This document shows positions 11,900-23,170 of a stretch of DNA of 33,000 nt, one piece after another. The translations under genes were made by a program, and so were the position numbers. The notes beneath the pieces were generated by a model. That model searched no databases. It had not been told where the DNA came from and saw nothing but the letters and a program-made list of their open reading frames with translations. The stretch comes from Dicyema japonicum. Taxonomy: Eukaryota; Animalia; Dicyemida. The stretch lies in assembly GCA_011109175.1 (NCBI GenBank), contig RDEW01000004.1:2129444-2162443 (forward strand), read 5' to 3'. How positions within the stretch are numbered: position 1 is the stretch's first letter; each line of letters opens with the position of its first letter.

Positions 11900-12850
11900 A
11901 AAAAAATAGGTCTCATTTTAGTCACTGACTCTTCATCAGTTGTCTTTACGATTAGTTGAGTACATGAGTCGAAGGTTTGAGTTTTCTTTTGAAAGCCTTC
12001 AATCATCATCTCACCTGAACCAATGCATACTATCTCATGATATTGGGAGTCCCCTTTGTAAAAAAAAACTGGAGACCCTTAATTAGTTGTCAACTTGTTT
12101 CTCGGTGTATCTGAGGTTAATAAAAAGTAAGACAATAAGTAATAATGATGCACTTTACGAATAGCCATATTGGCTATAGCTCCTTCCAGGTAGGACACAA
12201 ACTTTATTTTAATTAAAGAGCAGTTATCATAACTAATCGATAAGAGAGAACCAAAAAGTTCTCTTAGCTTCTTTTGTATTTTTGTTCGATGTGAGTCCTT
12301 TTGTGGACTATCCGGTAACGCAGTGAGATGCTCACTGATGACGATGTCACTCATCGACTCGAACCTTCAACAGGAATTTACAGCAGCGAGATTCTAACTA
12401 GGGGGCATCAGGCCTTTTGCCTGGGACTGAGCTACCCAGCCAATACGTAACCCCTGAGAAACTACTATAGACTTCACTTTCTTAAAAACCTAGATATCTT
12501 ATTTATTAAGGCAGTGAGTAACAAAAGCGTCATAACCAAGAGAGAAAGTTCCCAGAGATCCAGCCAGGAGTATATTTGGTGATGTGCAGATCTCATAGGC
12601 AGACCCGAACAAGAGAAGAGCAATTCTATCCATCAATAAGACATGATCTACAAAATGGAGAGGACGACTGTTCGATTATGCTCAGATAAAAACGTAAATC
12701 CCTGGTGAGACCACAACGGAGGCGTCCCAAGTGGACACGAATTTCCTGCGTAATGGTAGCTTGATTTCACCAATATTCGGTGTAAGACGTCCCAGAAATT
12801 TGTTCGTAGGCAGACTAATAAACCGGATATCTTAACCTCTACGAATTCAC
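11900..12850 (-). other. Unassigned coding-like segment, possibly a disrupted micro-intron-containing gene
   Basis: Several open stretches are separated by GT..AG AT-rich segments, but no stop-free model could be built and no family was recognised. Confidence 0.25.
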
Positions 12851-12895
12851 ATATTTTCTTAAAATTAAAAATAACTTAAAAACCAAAAAAGATAA

Positions 12896-15436
12896 TTAAA
12901 GAAGATCAACATCGTGGAACTTAATCATTGCGGGTATTCCTAATAATTATAACTAAAAAGAATAAACCCCCTGAGAAATCTTCTAACTTAACCCCCAAAT
13001 CTAGTAATTCCTTCCTAATCCTATCACAATGATTAAACACAAGTTTTACAGTCCCTACAAATTAGATATAAAAAGACCATCAATTTCTTTCAATTTTTCC
13101 TTATTAATTGAATTATCACGCCGAGCCTTCTTCAAAAGGCCTACAAAGTCAATAAATGACACAAACCGATCAAAGAGATGCAACTATAACGGAAATGATC
13201 CCTCAGCCTCGACACAAAATCCACGTAATCATAAGCGAGAGACTCAAAATTCTGCGAGCCTAAAAATCAAAAAAACTCATACCACCAACTTTTTTCATAA
13301 AGCCATCTTCCAATACAATGTTCAATTGATCCCCTATCTTTACCAAAGAAAGGGAAATTTCACCCAATCTTTTCAATTCCTGTTCAATTCGATTCACTAA
13401 CGATTTAACAGTATCTAAGAAAATCAAAAACAAAAATACCCCCAATATTTGAAATGCCCTCTTCTCCACCGTTTGAAGTACCAATATCATTTACAACATC
13501 ATCTAGAAGTTGTGCATTATTAATAAATATAGTCAGAGTATCTTGAATAATCCTCACGAAAGGACCCAAGTCGTCTACAGCCTCCTAAATAATGAGGATA
13601 ACTACATTCTCGGACAAATTTTTCTTGTAGACAGAGAAGGTACAGATACTGTCCGACTCTATCAGACCAAACAGCTACAGTAAATATGTTAAATCACCTT
13701 CAAACTACTGATGACGAAATTTGCTGCTCTCTCAACCATTCCAATGCAAATTGGTGAAGAAATGTATGAATTTATAAATGAATTTGTGTACGAAATCAAT
13801 GCTTTCATTTCATTCATGGCTTGTCTTGTGTTAAAACTGTCTATTGGATGATTACACATCATAAATACCACAGAGTGCATCATGGAAGAGTCTCTTGGTT
13901 TCTTCCAGAACGGAGAGATCAAAATTTGATTCACTAGATTCAGAATTCCGACAATAAGACTTTGCGGTTAATAGAAATTCCTATATTCCACATAAAAAAC
14001 AACAATTAGCTGTTTTTCAAAAATAAAAGCTTCATTGAGAACATCTGGAGAGTAGTCGAAGGGCTGATTCCACACATGAAGAAGAAACAGCAGACGCATT
14101 CTTCGAGGAGATATCTCCTGAAGGGCAGAGTCAATAATTATTAAATTCTTTAAAAACTTTGACATTTTACATCCATTTATAGTCAGGTGCCCAGAGTGGA
14201 GAAAATACCGAACCCAACACCCCCCGTCAAAATAAGCCTATCAGTTAAAAGATATAGAACCTCTGCTTGGGCTATTTCATTGTCATGGTGAGGGAACTTT
14301 AAGTCGTGTCCACCACTGTGAATGTCCATTTGAGAACCAAATGCACAGGTTGCCATTACTGAACACTCGATATGCCAACCAGGTCTTCCGTATATTAATT
14401 ATGTTACTCAACCTTCCCCCATGGTGAGTCCTAAGATGGTTCCCCTTCCTTTGAGGCTTTCCATAAAGCAAACTCTCTCGGAGAGTGTTTTTCACCTTCG
14501 ACATTGAGGGTTCCTAAAATTGTAGTAATAATCTTACCTTCACCCTCAGTTAATGACTTGACATCCCCCACAGACTCGGGGAGGAGTTTGGCATAACTGT
14601 GATAATTTGAGAAACGTGGGACATCAAAGTAAACTGAACCAGATGAAGTGGAATAGCTTACTTTAATACAAAATTTACGCATATCCGTTGGAAATGATCT
14701 TTTCTATATAATCTACGATTTGGGGGACAAATTCAGTGACCCTCGTGAGTATGTTAGGACGCATCACCTACAAAAATTATGGTAAACACAACTCCCAGAA
14801 TGTCCATTTTGTCGAAGAATTCGTCCTCATATTTCCTCGGAAGTGCAAAAAACAGATCATTGTCATTCACAGTTTTTCCGTACTTTATGTCCAAATACTC
14901 GGAAAGGATTCCCTCACAGTGATTGAGAAATTCAAATTCTGAGTTGTTGTGCCTGGTGAATTGTTCTATGTGACTTTGATTTGTGGAGAATTGAGTCTTA
15001 AAAATCTCCCTTTTAAGGTCATCAGTCTCTTCCTCTATTTTATCCCCCAATATCCGAAAATATAGGAGATAATTACATTATTGGCATATATTACATCTCT
15101 GGTTAACTCCTCTGCTGAGCGACTCTCCTCTTTATATTTCTTCAACAAATACTGTTGTCTGGCTCTCCTGTATATTTTTTCGTCAATATCGATAATATTC
15201 ATGCAGTAAACAACGTTGACTTTGAAATAGTCCACCAAAATGCGGCGAATTATGTCAAAGGAGACATATGTTCTAAAATTAAGAAAATAAATAAACCTGG
15301 CGTGTCCCAGGTGAGGGGAATCGTAAACTGTTGGACCACATCCGTACCATGTAAGTTTATCTCCTGTGAGAGTCAAGGGATCTTTTTTCCTTGAGAGGCT
15401 GTTTAACACGTTAATTTTAGAATCAGTAAAATTCAT
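12896..15436 (-). pseudogene. CARS1: Cytosolic cysteinyl-tRNA synthetase, 17 exons, with lesions (pseudogene or recoded gene)
   Basis: The spliced model gives [18 protein letters not shown] (HIGH region), [61 protein letters not shown] and CDRIRKELLDLGVKLED. Introns: 15273-15296, 15054-15076, 14768-14792, 14657-14678, 14514-14537, 14390-14412, 14238-14260, 13981-14003, 13841-13868, 13675-13697, 13585-13605, 13415-13439, 13260-13282, 13141-13166, 13055-13077, 12940-12967. Exons total 2157 nt = 719 codons. There is an in-frame TAG at 14431-14433 and two non-AG acceptors. Confidence 0.93.
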
Positions 15437-15599
15437 TCTGATAATCAACACACTAATAACCTTGTAACGTGCACGTTTATTATTTTACTAATAATTAAGC
15501 AACCTCTCATTAATTTAAATATTAATTTTATTTCATATGATTATTTTATTTGTTGTTTGTTTACTTCTTTTTTTGATTATGTGAGAAATGTATTGAAAA

Positions 15600-16000
15600 T
15601 CATTAAAACGACCTATTCTAACGGACCGGATAAAATCCCAATGATCCTCCTAAAGAATTTCGGGGATTTTGGGATCGCTGCATTAACAAGGATATTCAAC
15701 CACTCTATTAGCAAAAAATCTATTCTAGCCTTATGGAAGGTGCCCACGCCCAATTTGGAAACCAGGAAAATTGAAGAAGGATCCGGCTTTGTACAGACCG
15801 GTCGCGTTATTGTGTTCGGTGTCGAAAATTTTTGAAAGTCTAGTTCTTGCAAAAATCAAAGATTTTTTTCCGGATTTGTCATTTGAAGAGGTCTACTTCG
15901 ACCAATTTATCAGCATCAATATCTATTTCCCAGTTTCTTCCAAATGGTGTTCCCAAGGATCCCCTTTGTCGTTCAAATTGTTTATATTATGGCCTAAGTC
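15600..16000 (+). mobile_element. LINE RT N-terminal fragment
   Basis: GPDKIP, LTRIFNHS, YRPVALLCSVSKIFE and a PQGSPLS remnant are present, with frameshifts. Confidence 0.75.
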
Positions 16001-16129
16001 TTTGAAACCTCTCTCAAGTCTCCAAATGTTCTCTACATTTCATTTTTCGTTTAACGTACTTAAGATCAGCATCAAGTATCCCAAGATGTGTGACCCGTAA
16101 GCGTCAACATAAATGTGACAGTCTCAACA

Positions 16130-16860
16130 TGTACGTTTTGATATCAGCTGGGGTATCCATCTCCAATTTCTAAAGAGCATCCATCTCAAATCAGTGATCT
16201 CGAGACTCAAAGGACCAGTTAAGCAAACCTTTGTTTAGCTCAAATGTAGGAAGGATTTTTCTTCGAACCAAGTCCTCACTGTCTCCAAATTAGGACCAAA
16301 GCTTATTGGCTTTTTTCCATGGTTCGTCTGATCTTTTTCCATCCTTCTGATATTTACTACTTCCATTTTGTAAACATTCAAAGTTAGGTACTCAAGTTTA
16401 TTAGGAACTACTTCCAATAGGCGAATAAGGACTTATCGATCTCTCGATATGAAGTCGGCGTCGTCAGCATAAATGGATTCTTCTATGTCACCATAAAATT
16501 TTCAAGAGATCACGTGCGCCGTCGTCAAGTATTTGGCAAACATCAAAGGAGAGAGTGAGTCTCCTTGAGGAATACCCTCATACGAATTCTCTTGAAATAA
16601 TTTTGCCATTTCGAACTCTTATCTTCATGTTGGATAAAAGAACTCTTATCATTTTCAGAGTCAGAGTTCATAAATCCTTCCACTGACTTCAGAGTAGACC
16701 TCGAAAGCCGATAAGTCTATCGCAGTTGCGTTTGGATATCTTTGATTTACAAAGCCACTTGTGGTTCCAAACTATATCCTTCGTTGATCTCCCAGTCCTG
16801 AATCCACCATGACTTGGTGCAAGATATTCGTCCACTTGACGCGATTCAATGTAACCAACG
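16130..16860 (-). mobile_element. RTE-clade RT remnant
   Basis: YLAPSHGGFRTGRSTKDIVW, IPQGDSLSPLMF and YADDADF are present. It shares TTTGGAGACAGTGAGGAC with the remnant at ~22910. Confidence 0.8.
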
Positions 16861-16929
16861 CCAAGACTATAATGAAAAACCATGTTTCTTCTTCAACTTA
16901 TTAACTCCTTGCATCAAACAAGATTTATC

Positions 16930-17530
16930 TAATTTTCCAGGGGATTTTATGCACCCCTCATAATTAGGTGGTAATTTGGATTTTAAATCAAGTCTATAAG
17001 CCAACTTAAAGCATATTCCTCGATCTATCGAAAAGCTCCTGATAATACTTCTCTGATCAGTTTCAAACCATCTTTGGAAGCCATAAATCAAGAATGGTTC
17101 TATACAAGCAGCATAAACATAGAGAAAAGTTTCCGGACTCAAGTGAAACCGTAGAAGCAATTCAAAATCCCAGTAGCTTTTTTCTTCTGTTCTTGATGTT
17201 AAAGAACCCTTTGATTCACAGATACCCCAAGATATTGTAAGCGATCCGTAGATTCGATCGCTCCAGTATTAAGTAAATATTAGACTTTTTCCTGTTGTTG
17301 ATCCCCAGGAAACAGTACATTTTTCGGGAGATAAAGATAAACCTTAATCTCAGCACCAACTTTCAATTTTTTTTGAATATAAAAAACTCTTTTCCAAGAA
17401 ATAAGTTTATTCATACTCAAGTCTAACAGAAACATATTATCTTTATAAATTATCATTTTTGCATTTGAGAGTTGAAATATCACCCATCACACAATTGAAG
17501 TTGACTAAAGAAAGACCCCTTCAGAACCCC
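16930..17530 (-). mobile_element. Degraded family A-like LINE RT 3' fragment
   Basis: FNCVMGD, KMIIY, LLRFHLSPETFLYVYAACIEPFLIYG and KLAYRLDL align to family A ORF2. Confidence 0.8.
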
Positions 17531-17719
17531 ACTTTTAACAAAAATTTTTTCGATAGTTGACTTCTTAACTTTGCCAATTCTGAAATCTGCCATTTTTATC
17601 GTAGTTTTCTATTTTTCAATGATTTTTCCAAATTCTGAAATTTGCCACAATTTTTGATAATTATTTCTTGTAGAAATGGTCAAGCTCTTCATGATTCTCG
17701 TGCGAGTTTACTGTTATTT

Positions 17720-18080
17720 TTTGATAGGTCGGAAGGGTAGGTCTTCTTTAGAATGTTGATAATTCTTGTATAATAAAAAGCATAATTGACAGGTGTCGCA
17801 GGATCTAAGTTTGAAACATGTCTTGAGAGTTTCAAAAGATCTGAGTCCCTTCCAATAGATTTTCTTATACAATAAATACAATCTTAGGCCATCGATCACC
17901 CGTAATTGCTTTAGATGGAAAAGTTCATTGATAGATAGTCCCAATGTGTTGTAAAATTGGGATTATAGACTTGTTCCTTTTAATTTTTTGTTAGTTGAAG
18001 GTGGCTGTAGATAATATTTTCAAGTCTCCTTCACCTCCAATTTTCTTGTATTCCTCCAGGTCCCGTCTCATTGGGTCATA
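17720..18080 (-). mobile_element. Gypsy/Ginger-type integrase N-terminal (H2C2) remnant
   Basis: KKIYWKG...RSCDTCQ resembles the YYW..CxxCQ half of the integrase zinc-binding domain. It is heavily degraded. Confidence 0.4.
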
Positions 18081-18617
18081 TTTATTTGTAGTTTCAGTTT
18101 TTATAAAATAGATATAAAAGATTGACTCAACGCTTTTTAGGTTTGATTGAAAGTATGACTTTGTTCATAAACATGTTTCTAAAAAGTTAGTAGTTGGTCG
18201 AATTTTTTCAAAAATAATGCTAATCTGACACACAATATCTTATGATTTCCCTGCGACGCTGGAATTCTCGAGTGTCTAGGGAATTTGATTTATACACGAT
18301 CTAGAGATCCCCGTGTGCGCTGCTGGTTATTTGAGCGAATCTCGCTATCCTGAGAGGGAATAGCCACGCAGGGCGGCCGTTGTCTGACAATTTGCTCACC
18401 TTTTCCGTAGTAAAGTGTTCATATCTTATAAACGAAAAAATTTTCCTCAACCAAGGCATAATTAGGGAGACTTATCGAAAACCTTGTCAATTCAAACATA
18501 AGATATAACACCCTGTATAAACTTTCCGGATTATAAATGAGAGAAAAAGTGATACAAACTGTTAATTACCATAAGCGAGAAAAGCCCACAATTAAAAGTA
18601 AATGAATATTAATATAA

Positions 18618-20747
18618 TTATAAAACATCACCCATAAAATGATCAAGTGACAATGTAGTATAGTTACCAACACAATCTGTAAAAGTATTAATATCAATCT
18701 TTATTTGAAGTCTCATCTTATCCTCATCACTCAATGACCCATTCACTATATAATCACATAATAATCAACCTTGTAATACACTACCCCTCAGTCTTCTCAA
18801 CGACATATCCGTACTAATTATAGATTCCATCACATCCCTCACTTCCTTAACAAATATTTCCACTGTTCTCTTTAATCTATCCCTCAACACTTCCTCCGCT
18901 TCATCACTGTACTCTTCTCTTAATACTTCCTTAACCATGCAAACTGCCCTATCCATATATTCCAATGCATGTGAAGGAGTCTAATAGTAAGCCAACAGCC
19001 AACTGGCCTGTTTGTGTATCTATACAACCTCGGGACCTCCCTCAACCCCGTCAATTCCACGTCAACCTCCCCCAGTCTCAAATCAAACATTCTCTTGTAA
19101 AGCTCTACCTCAGTCTCCCCCAGTCTCCCATACAATGTAGACAAACAGACTATGAGTCAGTAATACTGAACCTTGACTCTCCATTCCACATTCAGCGACA
19201 AGAGGGTTTATTGTGTCACGTGTAAACTTCATAATCCTCATTCTAAAGAGAGCCACATCCTTAGCCCAAAACAGTAGATCCTACAATTTAACAACTTTTT
19301 ACATTATTTTCTCCAAACTTTAACAATCCTTGCAAGTGGGATATGAATTTTGCAGACACGTGCCATGAAAGTTTGTAGAATCTGTGAATCAGAGTCATCA
19401 GAAAGACAGAATCACTCCAACATGTGCAGAAGGCATTCCATACAACATAAGTGAGTTCAAAGTGGAATTCATCACCACGTGGAATTGGAGAATTAATGGA
19501 TTCTTCAACAGTGGAGGCTATTTCGTGAAATCAGTCAATAATATATAATGTTACCGAATTTGGAAGTAGACAGCCAGATTCCACAAATTATGGAAATCCA
19601 CGAAGGCCTTAGTACCCCTAAAAACCTCCAACTCGTTGTGGGGGACAAAATTGGCTTGAAATTGGCAAATAAAGTCCATAGCTCTCAGATAATTCTCACA
19701 TATGACAATCTCTCATACTTTTTGAAATAATCTGGGATTTCCCGCTGAAAAGGATTGTTTGAATGATGAGAAGAATTCAAGGAAGGCTGGAAAGAGAGAA
19801 TTTGAGGCCAGATTTAACCCTAAAATAGGATCTCCTCTACAAATAAGTAAATACTGTACATTTCCTGACTCTGTTTTATAGACTTGTTAAAGGGGAGTAT
19901 AATTTCAGCCAATATTTGTAAAGTCAGAGGGAACAACTCAGATAAATCAACTCCAAATGATCCCAATTCCTGAGAATAACAAAACTAGTGACATTTGACA
20001 GTCTTTCGACAGTCCAAATGTGGAGTTGGTCTTCCACAAGGGATTGGTATTTAATGAGACAGGCCAGTCTAAGCATAGTAGTCAAATCAGAGTCCCTTCC
20101 AATAGCTGATGATAAAAGAGACTGGAAGTTCTCATGCAAATGTAATCTGTGTAAACAAACCTCCTAAATCTAGTAAATACTACAAACCTGCTTAAATTTA
20201 CTACAGATTTCTGAATCAGACCAAAGATGCTCGAAGTTTCCAAGCCTCTCCACACTGATGGCGCATAATTGCACAAGAGACAGACGATCTCTTTAAAGTA
20301 AACCGAAAAAAATACTTAAATTGGTGAGTTTCTTGTAATTTGCAAAAATATCCATCCAATCGTTTGATATCCTGATAGAAAATTCTACATTGATTGACGA
20401 ATCTCTGATATTAGTGATACTCATACAGAAATGTTGTTAATTGTACGTTCTTGACGTTTAAAAAGGTAATATTTCTCCAGAATGCCCAGTAATGTAGAGT
20501 ACTGCTGTTTGGTGGATAAATAAATTGAGTAGAACAGATCATTAAGGGCTTTTATCTGTTGCTGTAAGTTTGATAGATCATGTCTGAAGGAAAGGAGAGG
20601 TGAATGAGAGGCAGTTATGAGACGAAACATTTTAGATTTTGCAGAAGAAAGATCATATTCTAGTTTGCGAATTAAATTATAGTCAATAGATTGGGAGAAT
20701 AAGAATTCAATAACATCACTACTATCATTATTAGACGGTGTATACAT
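18618..20747 (-). CDS. COG2: Conserved oligomeric Golgi complex subunit 2, 12 exons, 624 aa
   Basis: The spliced model is stop-free and contains COG2 hallmarks FSAGNP, WNLAVYFQIRFHEIA, CWSDSVFL..LIHRFYKL, EVPRLYRYTNRP and LSDEDKMRLQIKID. Introns: 20405-20426, 20291-20315, 20164-20187, 19970-19992, 19837-19859, 19695-19718, 19532-19554 (GT..TG), 19281-19302, 19150-19171, 18981-19003, 18746-18769. Exons total 1875 nt = 625 codons. Confidence 0.88.
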
Positions 20748-20879
20748 ATTTAATTATAATTTATTTTATTTAAAAAATATTAACATATTATTTAGAAAAC
20801 ACACTTTATTATAGAAAAATAACTATCTATAATAATTACTTTTTTTTCTCGCGAGTTTTCTTTAACAAATATTCTTTCA

Positions 20880-21080
20880 CATGTAAACACCATAATCCAG
20901 TGTTCACTCTGGACGGAAGATACAAATGGAATCGGTAACCCTTCTCCAAAACACACTTGTCATATCTGTTGCGTGGAGATTCACGTTATAGGAGACTGCG
21001 CTCCACAAACTCCAATAGATATACCGGAAAAGCATACATATGATGAGCCCTCATATTGGATCAGCAGTTAATCCCCTAAT
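20880..21080 (+). mobile_element. Short LINE family B fragment
   Basis: It shares CTTCTCCAAAACACA.TTGTCATAT and GCGTGGAGATTC.CGTTAT with the family B copy at 25440-26000. Confidence 0.6.
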
Positions 21081-21099
21081 AACCGAAGAAACAACTGGA

Positions 21100-22200
21100 A
21101 CACGAAAATCGGTCATTGTCCATTGAGAGAACCCTGTCTTGGAATGCATGCAAGAGGGAGAAATATATTTGGAGAGTTACTTGTAAAATTTCTAATTTAT
21201 TCGATGATTGTGAATCAGCATTTGCACATTCCGCAAGGCATAAACTGCATGGAAAGGACTAAGAAGTAACGAATTTATAATCAGATAGATTACGTACTCT
21301 ACCAAAGATCTTCGAAAGCACTGTTAACCGATTCTCGAAGTTATAGGGCCATAGTGATCATAAGCTCTTGGTTGCACACTTTAGGATGAAAAGGGATTAG
21401 ATGGTGGTATAAGGAGTAATCAATTGCTGATCGTTTTGCAGTGGAGAAACGATGCCTGTTTCACAAAACTCGTGAGAATTATGGTTTGAAGATTAAGAAG
21501 GAGGTTGCTCACATTGATGTGGAACACCCACCTGAAATAATCTAGAATGCTAGTGTCGAGGCTGTTTGAAACAATTGGAAGGAAAAGGCAAGAAAGATCA
21601 AGAGTGTTTTAGATCCAAAAATTTATTATTATCAAAGAAGCTGAAAAAATTGTGGTTGGAAATGGACTCGTTATATACTTTTAACAACTTATAAAGAGGA
21701 ATCGGATTGTGAGATAAAAAATAAAAAAGGGAAATGTCAGGAAATTGAAGAATGTGTCCAAGAAATTGAAAATTTTGGATTCGGGACTCAAATCTTCCGT
21801 TCTATGCGCCTATTACAAAGGGGTATCTAACATACAAAGATTTATGTTCATGACAATCAAGGGATGTAGTCGGCAAATAAGAAAAAAACTGAGATTCTTG
21901 CTCTTCATTTCTGTAAACAGTTGAATTAGAAATGGAAGCTCTCCTCTTGGTCCGTTCGAGAAATCACCAAGGAAATTAAATCTACCAATTATTATTGACG
22001 AGACTCACTTGGCCATCAATAAACTGAATAACAACAGGGTTGCTTGATAATATACACGGAGAGTGATTGTTCCCCTGGAACTGGTTGTTCTTATGACAAA
22101 AATAACTCCATATTTGAAATATATTCTCTTTTGAAGCTTGGAGATTGAATTTTAGTCCCTTTGCGCAAACTAGAAGAGCAAATGACCACATCGAAATCTT
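21100..22200 (+). mobile_element. RTE-clade APE and RT-start remnant
   Basis: IYNQIDYVL, LTDSRSYR and SDHKLLVAHF (RTE endonuclease) are followed by AINKLNNNR. There are many indels. Confidence 0.7.
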
Positions 22201-22225
22201 AGTTAGTTGTTAAAGCACATTCACG

Positions 22226-22480
22226 TTACCAGTAAACACTGTTTATGGTTTCGCTTGTACCATGTTTTTCGATTATCCTTTTCGTTAGTCTTCTCCATCC
22301 TTTTCGCTGTTGTGCACGTTTCCTGATTTCGTCCCCGATCACTGGTAATCCTCCACAAGTGTCCTTGGAAGACAACTTATTGGAAGTCCCTGAATGCAGA
22401 AGATGCAATATGGCCGAAAAATTCTTCCATGGCGGTATTGCATGTGTCTGTTCACCCATCCGTAGAATATGTCCAAAAAG
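22226..22480 (-). mobile_element. RTE-clade 3' end remnant
   Basis: The C-terminal motif AQQRKGWRRL is typical of RTE ORFs. Confidence 0.55.
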
Positions 22481-22589
22481 TGGCCAGGGGCTTCAAGTAC
22501 GTTCAGGCTTGTTGGTCGACAATCAGTCGGTCTGTCAGTCTGTATATTTTTTACAATATTTTAGGCCGAAAAAAATAAGAAATATATGA

Positions 22590-23170
22590 TTGTCTTCAAC
22601 CGAATATCTCTTAAAGTCAAGAAATTTTTGTCCCCAGGACAGAGCGGATTAAGAAGGAGACATTCTACTACAGATGCTGTCTGGTTCTTTTTTGTTGAAT
22701 AACTGGAGGCAGCTCTGAGATCTCTCAGGAAAGGATGGGAAGGACATATGTCCGACGACATTAATTTTGTGAAAATAGTTATGAACGGTTTTCGGCCACA
22801 ATCCCCAATGCATTGAAAGACTAATTTTTGAACGTCAGCCATAACAATTACAAGAAATCTATAGTATGGTGAAGAAGGTTGAATAAAAAAGGAAAATTAG
22901 GATCCTTATTTGGAGACAGTGAGGACATGCGGCATAAGAGATTACATCGTATAAACAAATCAGTCCCATTGAGCACTTAAATCATTGAATCGAGGTGGAG
23001 ACTATTTGGCCACGACAGAGATGCCAATCCAAATATAGTAATGGAACAATACTTCATCATTGAGAACAGACCCCCCGAAAATAAGAAATCTTTCCTTTTG
23101 TGAAGATTAATCCAAGATTCCAAAACTAATCGAAGGAGAAAGCTTAGAATGGACACAGGAATCACTTAAT
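22590..23170 (+). mobile_element. Collapsed RTE-clade RT remnant
   Basis: FLSPGQSGLRRRHSTTDAVW and IIESRWRLFGH..MEQYF motifs are present. Confidence 0.65.

Noticed and set aside
12350-12445. tRNA-like A-box and B-box on the minus strand (GGCTGGGTAGCTCAG ... GGTTCGAGTC)
   Set aside because: The box spacing is too long, no cloverleaf or acceptor stem can be formed, and the D-loop GG is missing. It lies within a coding-like block.
13029-13400. 123-aa plus-strand ORF
   Set aside because: It is an antisense shadow of CysRS exons 13-16, with no recognisable motif.
13260-14165. Short ORFs initially suggestive of LTR-retroelement or viral polymerase fragments
   Set aside because: They are fully explained as CysRS exons once micro-introns are removed.
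14431-14433. Alternative genetic code (TAG = Trp or Gln)
   Set aside because: This is a single occurrence. TAG acts as a stop elsewhere (ORF1 end at 32362), other Trp residues are TGG, and COG2 has no in-frame TAG or TAA.
20082-20276. NYAPSVW resembling a LINE RT motif
   Set aside because: It is an alternative frame of COG2 exon 3.
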